This document shows, in pieces, positions 43,701 through 55,700 of a stretch of 64,000 nt of DNA. The translations under genes and the position numbers were made by a program. The notes beneath the pieces are model-generated. The model was not told where the DNA came from, did no database searches, and was given only the letters and a program-made list of their open reading frames with translations. Location: the NCBI GenBank assembly GCA_028534125.1, contig CM052817.1:2046001-2110000 (forward strand), read 5' to 3'. Source of the stretch: Lama glama (lineage: Eukaryota). How positions within the stretch are numbered: position 1 is the stretch's first letter; each line of letters opens with the position of its first letter.

Positions 43701-46700
43701 CTGAGCTGCCCTGCAGCCCCAGAGCCTGGGGCAGGCGGGCGCACTGGCTGGGGCCAGGCGCAGGCGGGCAGGCCCAGCCGGGATGCGGTGCGGGCCTGCG
43801 ACTGCCCGTGCAGCCTGTAGCCGCGCAGGGTGGGAGGTGCTATTCGTGCACAAAGGGGAGGGCACCCAGAGTGGCTGAGTGGCTGGCCTGGGGTCACGTC
43901 TCGGACCTGGACTCTCGGGCGTGGGGGATGCTGGGGACTTGGGGGTGGAGGTGCCGTGGCCTGGCACCCCTGACAGCCCCTCTGGCGCCCTCTGCAGACT
44001 GCCTGCTGATGCTGGCCTACAGGGACAAGTCGGAGCGAGCCAAGGGGCTCCGGGAACGCAGCAGCCTCACACTGGAGGACATCTGTGGCCTGGAGCCCGG
44101 CCTGCCCTACGAGGGCCTGGTCCACACGCTGGCCATCGTCTGCCTGTCTCAGGCCGTCATGCTGGGCTTCGACAGCCGGGAGGCCATGTGTGCCTGGGAC
44201 GCTCGGATCCGCTACGCGCTCGGCGAGGGTGAGTGATGTCGTCGCGGGGTCCGAGGGGACAGCCTCTGCCCTGATTGTCCTGTGGTGCACTGAGCAACGG
44301 GCTGCAGAGGCTGGGACATGACTCGAGGTGGCCCCGAGTCCCTGCTGACGCCTTCTGCCCGGCTTGTGCTCAGGGCTGTGTCCCGGCCTGGAGGGGCCCG
44401 GCTGCGGTTGGGGGGGAGGCCCTTTCAACTCCCTAACGTGACCCTGTTCATCAGAACTGGCGACTTTGAGGAAAGCAAGCAGCGTCTGAGTGGACTGACC
44501 TCGCAAACTGCTGCCCTTTGCTTCCTAACTTGGTGGCCGAGCCCAGAGCTGGGGTGAAGGGAGTGGCAGGGAGGCCAGGGGGCTGTGGGGGGTGCCCGTG
44601 CTCCTGGGAGGTCGTCCTGGAGGCGGACGGGGAGGACCCGGCCCACCTCTTGGCCCCGCGGGCTGTGTGAGCAGAGGTGGGTGGACCCCGAGCTGAGCCG
44701 CAAAGACCCGTGATGTTTTAACACAGTATTTAAAAAATTCAAAATTAAAGCCCAGAGCCTGTGATGAACAAAGTGTTCAAATTTAAAGTGAAGACAGGCT
44801 CTGAGGGCCCGGAACGTCCGCCTTCTCTCCCGCCCTGGTGCCACAGCCCTGACCAGCCTGGTCTTTATTTAAACATTTGATGTTTCACTCACCATGGGCT
44901 TTTTGCATTAGATTTTACTCTTTAAATAATCATTAAAATATCACTGAACTTGGCCATGGTTTTCTGCCCCAGGTGAGGGCCTGGCTCACTTCAGCTCAGC
45001 CCAGCTCAGCCAGGGGTAGGGGGTGGGAGGCAGCAGCCCCTCCCTCCTCCGGGAGCCCCCAGGCCAGGAGCCTCATGCATGGGGCATGTGGATGGCTCAG
45101 TGAGGGGGTGCAGGGGCAGACAGGGAGAGCCGCGTCTTTCCAGAAAGCCCTCTGGTTGGGGTCCTGCCAGTTCAGCCTGGCTCCGTGCACGACTCCTTTT
45201 CTGCTGGGGGCAGTCAGGGTCCCTGCACAGAGGCAGCTGGTGCCTTGTCTTGGCTCCTTGACAGGAATCACCAGGACACTGTGATGGGGTCTCTGACACC
45301 TGGCCACCTTGGGCCAGACTGGACGTCAGGACCCCCTCGAGGCCCCCACTGCAGGGACGCGGGTAGGGCTCCAGGGAGGAGGGGGCAGGGCTGGAGATGA
45401 GGCTGGTGGACACAGGCGGTGGGCAGCTAGGCCCCAGGTGCTCTTGGGCTCCTCCAGGGTGTGCCCCCTTCCGAGGTGGGGCACTCTGGGGAGAGAAGAG
45501 CTCACGACTGTCCTCCTGAGGGGTTTCTAGGGCAAAGGAGGGACCTGGGTGCTGGAGGAGACCTCGGGGAGCATGTCGTCATGTTCAGCTCCAGGGACAA
45601 CCCCTGAATGGAGAGGGAGGGGTCCACGGTGTCCTGGGTGTCCGTGCAGCCAGGCTGGGCTGTGAGGCAGACCCTGGACTCTCCACAAACTGACCAGGGG
45701 CTGGGCTTCCCAGGCCTCCATTTCCCCATCTTTGAAATGGGACCAACCCACAGCCCTTATAGGGGTTTCTCAGAGGACTCGCTGTGAGCAGGAGCCCTGA
45801 TGCAGCGGATTTATCTGCAGGCTCATGTGAGCTTTTCCCAGAGTGTGCCAAGGCCACGTCAGCCTTGTTAGGATGAGGAGGGGTGGTCAGGGTGGTCCCC
45901 GTGAGGCTGGGGGAGAGATGTGGCACTGGGAGCAGATGTGGAGGGTAGGGGTGTGGTGTGGGGGCGGGGGCAGCCCCGCCCTCTGGAGCTGACACCCGAG
46001 TGCTGCTCCCCACCCAGCCGCCTCTGTCCCCGTGGTGCGCTCTCACCCCTGCCCGGCCCCCAGTCCACAGGTTCCACGTGACGGTGGCCCCAGGCACCAC
46101 GCTGGAGAGCGGCCCCGCCACCCTGCACCTCTGCAATGACATCCTCGTGGTGGCCAGGGACGTGCCACCAGCTGTCGCGGGGCAGTGGAAGCTGTCAGAC
46201 CTCCGGCGCTACGGGGCTGTGCCGAACGGATTCATCTTTGAAGGCGGGACCAGGTGTGGGTACTGTAAGTATGTGGGCTGCGGGGACCTGGGGCCATGGG
46301 CAGCCCCAGACCTCTCGGCTTCCCTGGGTGGACTGTGGCTTGAAGCCGACCCACCCGCGTGCAGGCTGGCCGCTAGGAAACACGGCAGAGTTATGTCTCA
46401 AACACCCCGCTCTCGGCGCTGAGCCCGGCCCCTCGGGCCCTCAGGGCTGCCCCTGCTCTTCCCCGTCGGAGGGAGGGGCTTGGAGGCGGAGAGGAGGGGC
46501 ACCTGGCATCCCCAGATCGCATGTTGTCGCTCACCGGCCTTTGTCCCAGGTCCCAGAGCATCAGAACAGCTTAAGTTGGATTTAGTGGGGGAAAAAAAAG
46601 GAATAGATGTGTTTATCAAGGATGTTTTGGGAAACACCTTAGTGCACACCCTAGCTTCCATGGCCCTGATCTCCCCAAACCCAGGCCCTGACATCACAGA

Positions 46701-49700
46701 TGAGGGCCAAATGTGAGGACCCAGCTGGGAGGGCAGGGGTCTCGAGGACTGATGTGGCATCGGAGGCCAGGTGAGCACTCCAGGGAGCTGGCCCCCAGGC
46801 TGCTGGGAGTGGGGCTGGGAGGACGCACACAGTCCCTCAGGCAGAGAGTTTGGGGCACAGTGGGGATGGGGTGTTCAGGGGTCCCCGCTATCCTCTGAGC
46901 AGGGGAGCAATGCACTCCTCCAGACCTGTAGTCGCCGTGGGGGCTGCAAAGTCCCTTGTCTTCTCTCTCCCAGGGTTGGGGGCTGAGCCTGTCTGCACTG
47001 GCTGCCCTGGGCTCGCGGCCAGCCCAGGCCTCCTGCTGACCCGGCAGGTGGCCTCGACAGCTCCGGTCAGTGTGCTGGTCTGGAGGGCAGAGCTTGGATG
47101 GGAGCCTGGGAAACCCACCTGTGAGGGGCATCAGCCCCTCCTCATGTGGAGGGGAGATGGAGGCTCCGAGCTGCTGGCAACCTCTCTCCACTTCCCTAGC
47201 CCTGTAAAGGGGCGTTAACCCCGCAACCTGCAGCCTCACGTGAGGATGACAGTGGCATGGGCTTACCACAGGTGTGGCACACACTCTCAGTACGGCCAGG
47301 GTTGAGTGGGGCTCCACTGGGCCTCAGGGCCTCCGTCACGCCTGAATTTCTCTGGGTGGAGGGAATGCACTGGAGGGCGTGTGTGTGCTGGATGCTGGCC
47401 CTCTGGTCCCCTCATTCTGCAAAGGGGATGTGACGTGGAACAGGCCGGTCTGGGCCTGTGATCCATCCGCCCAGCTGGGCAGCCCACAGGACCCTGCATT
47501 TGAGGGGACGAGGCACAGGCTGCAGAGATGCTCAGCAAAGAGGTGGATAAGCAGGTGAGGTTCAAGCTCCTGCTCGAGCCAGCAAGACGGCTATAGCCAC
47601 TGAATTTGTGACGATCAGCCATCCTGGGCTGGGGAGATTAACAGTTTGGAGATGCAGAGAGAGGCAGGAAGGGGTGGTGTGGCTGGGGTGTAGGGGTGTA
47701 GGTGGCTTTGTGGGATGGGCAGTTTGGCAAAGTGGCCCTGGAGCTGGCCTGGGAGCCACAGCCAGAGTCTGAGGGGCCTTGACCACGGCCAGGCCTGTGC
47801 GCTTCCCTGCCTGGGGATTTGCTCGGGAGCGAGGGCAAGCACAGCTGCTGGCCTACCTGCCCGGGGCTGGCGTGGAGGGGCCAGATGGGACATCGGTCAG
47901 AGTCCTTTCTGCTGGACACGCCCTGGCCACTGTGCTGCCCAGAGCAGTGGGGGGCTTGGGGGCCCTCGCCCAGCTTTGTTCATCTCTCTTGCGTGGATGC
48001 TCAAAGTGCATTTCCCTCCTCAGGCCCCTGGATGTGCGGCCCTGGAGCTGCTCAGGGACCCCTGGGGGAAGGAGACCAGTATCCTCGCTGGACTGTGGCC
48101 TTCTGGGCACCAGGGCTCAGACAGGATGACTTGAGGCCACTTTGAGGACTGGCGTGCAGACCTGGGGTTGGCCCTGGTGTGCCCGGCGCGGGGCCGGGAC
48201 AGGGGCCCAGCTGGCTCCTTGGACACTGTTTTATTTGCCCGGACATAATGTAATAGGGCCGTGGGATACTTTTCCTCTGAGGCTTCAGAGTTTAAAATTC
48301 CGACCCTTGGCGTGGGTGGACTCCTTCCCGGCTCATCGGCTGTTTCAGGCATCCGAGCAGCACCCCCCGCGAGGGCAGGAGCTGCACTCGCGTCGCCGTG
48401 CTTCCCGGCCTTCCCGGCATGAGCCGCGGCAGCACCGTCCCAGCGCCGCTGCTTGAGGCCACAGGTTAGCTCCGTCCCCCAAGCCCCGCTGGCCCGGCCG
48501 GTCGGCACTGACCTGTGGGTGTGAGTCTGGGTGTGCTCCGTCCACCAGGGACCCCGACCCCAAAGGGAGTCCCTCCTGGGGATCCTCATCTCCCCTCAAG
48601 TCCCCGTCCGAGGTCCCTGGCCAAGCCCGCCTGGTCAGCGGTGGCTGGAGAGCACGGTGGGGGCAGCAGGTGGCGGGGCCGGTCTGGACCCTCTGCAAGT
48701 CCTGCTGGGCTCCCTTCTCCTTCAGGGACAGGCTTGCCACTGCTCCGCCGGCTATTCCGGTTTCTAGACCGTCACCAGACTCACCGCAGGGCTGGGTGGT
48801 GGAGGGATGGCTCACCCCTGCGCGTGTGGTCAGAGCACCAGGCCACTCAGGGCCTGGGCCCGCCCGGGAGGAGGGCGGCAGCTCAGGTCCGGGGTGGGAG
48901 GGGGGAAGTTAGTGTCCTGAGGCTGCCGTAGCGAATTACCACAAACTGGGGCCCTTAGAACCACACAGATTGACTCCTTCACCGTTCTGTCCAAAGTCAA
49001 AGTTTGAGTGGGGTTGGGCTCCCTCAGAGGCTCCTGGGGAGAGTCCTTCCTGCCTGTTCCAGCTCCTGGTGGCCCCAGGGCTTCCCGGGCTGGTGGCCGC
49101 ATTTAGCTCAGTTTCTGCTCCATCTTCACACGACCTCTCCCTCTTGCTTCTCCTCCGTGTCTGTGGGATATCGGTCACTGGATATCAGGCCACCTGCCAA
49201 CCTGGGATGCTCTCATCTTGGAATTCCCCCCGATTATATCTACAAAGACCCTTTCCCCAAATAAGGCCACAGGCAGAGGCTCTGGGATGTGAATCTGCTC
49301 TGAGATCCTGTTCAGCTCGTGACAAGGGTCACTTGGGCTGTAAAGTTTCTAGAATTCAGGTCACGTGGGGTCTAGGGCCCCGGGCATGTTCAATCTGGGA
49401 CAGACAGTGGGTTAGAACCATCAGAAGGCCCTGGAAGGTTTTGGATGTAAAGAATTAACATTTCCTCCCCGGTTCAGGTCCCAGCCTGGCCCCCGGGCCC
49501 CCAGAACCATACCCTCTGGATCCCCAACCCCAGACCACTCTTCAGAGAGCAGCGAACGTGACCCTGGCCCCCTTCACCCGCCCTGAGACATTCGGTGGTG
49601 GGATGTCAGGAGTGGGCCCTGGAGACTGTGGGGGAGGGGGTCGGGGCAGGCGTGCAGGTCTTGATGTGGCTCTGAGTGCCCCACATGTGGACACGTTCCC

Positions 49701-52700
49701 TCTGTCCCTGTCTGTTCCCTCCACATGGACAGCAGCCTGGCTGGGTTATTTGGATGGAGGTTGGGCTTGGTGGCCGGGAGCCTGAGGTCCCCAGTGTGGG
49801 CTGATTCTGTCTCTGGGTTGGTTACAGGCCCCTGTGTGTGTTAGGGCTGCCGGGCAGGGGAGGGACGCACTAGGGTGGGGTGCAGAGATTCAGGGAGTCC
49901 TCCCCACTGGACAGGCTCAGCTGATGGGGAGAATGGTGGGCTCAGGAGACAGGGTCTGCCCGGAGTTGGAGTCCGGGACCTTAGGTCAAACGGACGTTTC
50001 TGGGAGGGGGCGGGGCTTAGAGGACGTCCTCCTCTTTTACATCGACAGGTCCTGTCGAGGGCCTTTCAAGGGCATTTCCACATCCAGGTGAGCTGGCTGC
50101 GTTCACAAGGGTCAGGGTCCTTGGGTGCTGAGGAATTCAGCAGGTGGCAGAGGGTGGGAGTCCAAAGCTGGTCCCTGATGTCTGTGGCAGAGGCTCCCCC
50201 ATGTCCTCTGTGCTGGCTGCTCCCTGCTCCTTCCTCCCTCCTCAGGGTCCAGGCCAACCCTTCAGCGCCTCGGGGCACAGTGAGCATTTAAAAATGATTT
50301 TTGTGGGTGAGTAAAGGATGAGGATCCAAGGAGAGGCTGTCTGGCTCTGTATTTAGAACACTCGCGTCTTTCTGTCCGGCTCTGATAATCCTCTGGTGCC
50401 TCTTTTGAGCTTTGTGGTCCAAATACCGGGGGGTCTCGCCAGAGCTGGCTGAACCCCTGGTCTTGGACGCCAGGACTCTGGGGGAGAAGGGAATGTGTTC
50501 AGCGGCCTCTGCGCCAGGCACTGGGAGAGGGGTTGGAGCCAGGACTACATGGCGGGGCCGGGAAGACTGAGAGCCTGTGTGAGATGGACACGAGACATTT
50601 AGAGTCTGCAGGGGCTTGAGGGTAGCCAGGGAGGGCCACAGACCCCAGCCCAGGGGCATCGGGGAGGCCCTCTGGAGGTGAGCCTGAGTGGGGTTCTACA
50701 GGGTGAATAGGAGTTGGCTCAGCTGCCAAAGGGTAGGAAGGGGTGGGGGGAAGGGAAACAGTGCTCCAGACATACGTTACGCAGGAACAGGTTACCTGAG
50801 CAGCACGTACAGGAGCCCTGTTAGGTGGGGGGCAGAGGTGAGGCCGGGGGAGGAGGAGACAGTGTTGGGTTACAGAAGGGCCGGTAGGAGCTGGCACTGT
50901 GTGCCCAGCGTAGCAGGAAGCCACTGAGGGTGCTTGAGCGGGACTGACAGATCTGTGCTGAGGGTGGTAGCTGTGGCTCCAGGGTGCAGATGGGATGGTG
51001 GGGGGCGTGGGGGGTGCTCCGTGTGGACCAGCGGAGAGAGGGAGAGGCTGTGAGAGCTGCTGTGCGGTGGGCGGGGCCTGTGGGCTCAGGAGCGTTAACA
51101 AGGCCTGAGTGAGGGGCTCAGGGCGGTTGGGTGGGGAGGACGGGGAGTCCCAGGAGGGCAGGCCTGGGCTGAGGCCTGTTCGGTGCTTGGCCTTTGGGGC
51201 GGGGAGGCGTCCAGGGCAAGGTTGTAGCCAGTGCGGAGGCCCCGTCTTGAGCCCGTTCAGGTTTATACGCAGAGACCCAGCCTCCCCTTTGGGTCTGGGC
51301 CCCATCACGTTTTTGGCAGGTTTGTGGTCGATTTCAGCCCTCTGCCCTGAAGTCTCTGCTCTGGGGTGGGAGTTGGGCCCGGAATCCACCACCCTTCTGT
51401 AGCCCATTTTCGTATTTGCAGACAAGGATGATTCTGGGCACTCTGAGTGTCTGGGAGGCCGAGGTCTCATGGGGCCAGGGAGAGATGGGACCAGGGGTGA
51501 TAGTCACCCCGAGAGTCACGCTGCAGGGTCCTCTGTGTTCTGGGGTTTTAAGTGCTCACTTGTGTTCAAGCATCTGTCCTCACACTGACCCTGTGGAGTG
51601 TGTGCACACCCCCATTTTACAGGTGGGGAGACTGAGGCACAGAGCTATCTGGCACCTGCCCTGGTCTGTACATCAGAGCACAGTGGAGCTGAGATCCGGC
51701 CCTGGGTGGCCTGGCCCCACTCTCTGGGCCCTGCTGTGCCGCCCGCCAGCCCCAGTGCCTGACTGGCCGCGGGGCCCGGTGGGGCAGGAGTAGCTGCAGT
51801 AATTCCCGCTCCAGCTCTCCGCAGCCTCTGGGCTTCCTCCACTGGGTATTTTGCTTCCGTCTGTGTTCTCCCAAGCAGAAAAGCAGTCTGAGGGGCAGGT
51901 CTGGTGTCCCCCTGTTCTCATGGACACGCAGCGTGGCCTCGTGTGAGACTGGCATGCGAGAAACTGAGTCCTTGGACATGAAGTCCCTGTTACTTTAGGA
52001 TTTCAGTGTGTGACTCCACAGATTCCCCAGACTTCAGCCATGTCTCTTAGCTTCTCTGAGCCTCAGTTTCCTTACCTGCACTGTGGGGCTCCCTGTGCCC
52101 CTAATATGAGATGCAGGGAGCACAGGGTCACAGACCAAGTGGCGGCCTGGATCCTAGCGCCCTCAGTGCTCAAGCCATGCCCTCGCCTCGCCTCCCAGGA
52201 AGACTGGCCCCCAGGCTGCTCCCAGTTCCAGCTACTCTGCAGCGTCTTGTGGATTGGGAGTGACCCCCACCCCATGGGGCTCTGGCAAAGGAGTGTCTGG
52301 TGCTGATGCAGCCAGGTGCCTGGGCAGTGGGTGATAGTGTCCCCGAGAGGGACCCCAAGTCCTGCTCTCCCAGCAAGAGATCCCTGTGCTGGGCCAGACT
52401 GGCCCTGTATGGACTGGGCCGGCAGGCTGTGGTTTGCAGAATTCTCCTGCTGGTGGAGACTCGAGCTGAGTAATGTCCTTCCCACCCGAACCTCTGAGTC
52501 CCACCTTGGCATGGCCCTGGGGGGCAGCAGGCACCCCAGGCGAAGAGCAGGGCCTGGGTTTGAATCTCCACCACTGCTCCCCAGCCCGCACCTTGGCTCC
52601 ATGTCCCAAAGCAGGGATGGGGGCTTGCAGCTGATGCAGTTTGCTGCCATCCCGGCACCCTGCGCACCTCACGCGGGGCCCGGGGGCGGAGGCCTGGCCC

Positions 52701-55700
52701 TCTCCTTGCTGGGTCGTTCAGGATGCCATTTCAGAGGACAGGGCTGGTGGGTGGGGCTCTCTGCCTGCACCTGGGGAGACACAGAGAAAGCAAGACCTTA
52801 GGTCTGCCCTGAGGGGCCTCTCACCTGGACAGGCTGCGCCCAGGGCCCAGTGCAGCTGTGGAGCGGGGGCAGCGCTGGAGGAGGGCGGGTTGCCCAGGAA
52901 TGGCCTCGGCTGGACCTCGCAAGGAGCAGGGTGCTGCTGGGTGACAGGGAGGTTGAGGCTGCGTGGCCAACACCTCTGCTCTGTGCTCGGGACAGTGCTG
53001 GCGCCCCACCATGCATAGGGGTGGTTGTCTTGGTGCTTAGAGCCTGCATCTGGCTTTTAGCGGAGCAGCTGCCAGGGTGGTAGGTGCCCGCCCTGAGCTG
53101 CTGCATCCTGCCCGGATGGTCACGGTGTCCGTGAGAGGACGGGCTGGAAGGGTGGGGACACGCTTGAATGAGCCCAGGATGGAGCCTGCTTCCCAGGGGA
53201 GTGGCTTGGTGTTTTGTTTTGCTTGTTTCACTGTGGTAAAATGCACATAACACGACATTTACCATTTCGGCCGTGTTCAGTGTGTCGTTCAGCAGGCGTG
53301 AGCGCATTCATTCCTGTCCCTGTGCCACCATCACCACCGTCTGTCTCCAGAATCTTCCCAAACTCTGTCCCCATTAAACTAACTTCCTCTTCCCTCTCCC
53401 TGCACCCACTCTTCTTCTTTTTGTCTCTGCGTTTGACAACCCAGGGACCTCGTATAGGTGGAATCACACGGCATGTCCTTTTGTGGCCAGCTTGCTTCAC
53501 TGAGCACCGTGTCCTCCAGGTTCCTCCAGGTTGTAGCAGGCGTCAGAATTCCCTTCCTTTTTAAGACTGAATTATATTCCACTGTGTGGATGGGCCACAT
53601 CTTGTTCATCCAGCCGTCAGTGGACACTTGGATTGCTTGCACATTTGAGCTATTGTGAGTAATGCTGCCGTGAACACGAGGATGCCAATATCTCTCCGAG
53701 CCCTTGCTTTGACTTCTCCCGGCTGCGAGCCCAGCAGCAGAACTGCTGCATCAGATGGTGGTTCTCGGTTTAAGTTTTTGAGGGCCTGCCGCGCTGCTTC
53801 CGCACGACTGCACTGTAGACATTGCCCCCGGCGGTACCCGGGGGCCGGCTTCTCCGCCTCCTCGCCAGCACTTGCTGTGTTCTGTTTTGTTTTTGTTTGT
53901 TGTTGAAAGTAAGTCCTAGTGGGTGTGAAACACGAGGTGAAATTTAAAACGTCATTTCAGATGAACTTACTTTGTTGAATTTTGCTCCTTTCTCCCAAAA
54001 TAAGGGCAGAGAGAAATGGAAGTCGAAGTGGTACATGTTTTACTCTCTGAGGAGATGGCGGAATAACAGCCCAGCGGGCTCAGCTAGCCGCGCCGGCGCC
54101 CTGACTGCGCGGCGCTGTCTGGACGCGCTTTCTGGAAGCTCCTCAGCAGGAGGGCCCTGCAGCCGCTTCCAGGCCGCGTCGCCGGCGGGACTCGCGTGCG
54201 GCCCTGTCTGCCGGGCTCGCTGTGCGTTTGCGTGGAGGGGTGTCTTCTCCTGGTCGTTGAACCTCTGAGTTGAATGCAGTGCTTTCGCACTGGGGATGCC
54301 TGCACCCCGGGGGGACCCGCCGTGTCTGTCCACAGCACAAGGTGGCTGGAGGCCTGAAGGCCGCTTTCTGCTCGGACTCCCTCCTCCACAACGTGATTTC
54401 CCCATGTTATTTACTGCTGGGTAACAGACACCCCAAAACTTCATGCTAGTTCCAAGGCTTGTGATTCTGTGGATCTGGGGTCCGGGCAGGGCTCAGTGGA
54501 CTGGGGTCACTCGGGCAGTGGCATTTGGAGGGTGGCCTCAGGCATAGCCTGGGGCCCTGGTGCCAGCTGTTGGCCAGGCCGCCTCGGTTCTCCTCGGGGG
54601 TCTCTCTCCGGCAGGGTAGCTGGGCTGTGTTGGCGGTGATCACACCTGTGCGATGTGGCGACGTGGGGCCAGGCTTTACCTTCCTCCCTTCCCCACAGAC
54701 AGACAAGCAAACAAGGAACGCGGAGAACGCCTCCCTGGGGCAGGCGGGGGCCTGGCTGCCGCCACGTCTCCCTCCTTCCATCCACACTGAGCACAGGGTC
54801 TCCTGGGCGTCTGGCCCGGGCTTGGACACTGGGGACCACAGAAGACTCAGAAGTGGTCCTGCCTCAAGGTGTTGGGCCTGGTGGCTGGGACATGTGAGGT
54901 CAAGGGTCACAGGCTCTCCCCAGAGGTGTCCCCTAAAAGCATCGCCGGCTGAACGGTCAGGGGTCAGAGGTCAGGAAAAGCCACCTTACGCAGCAGAGTC
55001 TCCCTGGGCTCAGGTGGGGCCCCGAGGCCGCCAGGGGGAGTGGAGCGGCGGCTGCGCTCCCTCCAGGCCTCACCGGCCGCGTCCCCAGGAGCGCGACGCC
55101 TGGAGGAATGCCGCCGGCTCCACTCCCTTCGTAATGTGGTTTTTTATAGTCTGAGGACTGACTGTGCCGCGGCCTCTGCCAGCTGACTGTAAGCTCGGGA
55201 TTAGAGACCTGGCCCTGGGGGAGCGGGGCGGTCCGGACGGGGCCTCCTCCCTGCACAGCCGCCAGTCGGCCAAGGTCCTGGGCTTGAGATCTCGGCCAGG
55301 GCACCCTGCCCCTGAGGGACCCCACCCAGCCCTCCTGGGCAGCGGGTGCCCCCTTGGTCGGCACCAGGGTGGGCCTCGCTGTGCTGCCCGGTCAGAGGCT
55401 CTGTGGTGCCGGGACGTGGCCCCTGTCTGGGTCTCAGTTTCCTCATCTCTAAAGCAGGCACGTCACCAGGTTTGGGCCCTGGGTGGCCGCCCAGCGGCAC
55501 AGCCGTGTTGCCACGTGTGGGGCTGGCCCGAGACCCTGGAATTCAAAGCGGCGAGCGTGACCAGGACGGTTTTAGTGTGGCGCTTCCCCGTCCTCCCTGT
55601 GCGCCCTCCTCCTGCCTTTCTTTGGGCAAAGGGCGGAGGGCGAGGCACCGAAGGATTCTTGTGCGGTGACAGCACGCCGGGCATCCAGCCCACGTGACCT

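Noticed and set aside
46068-46070. Cryptic CAG acceptor 7 nt inside DOK7 exon 4
   Set aside because: Out of frame; the first AG after the pyrimidine tract gives the correct 201-nt exon, and nothing supports its use.
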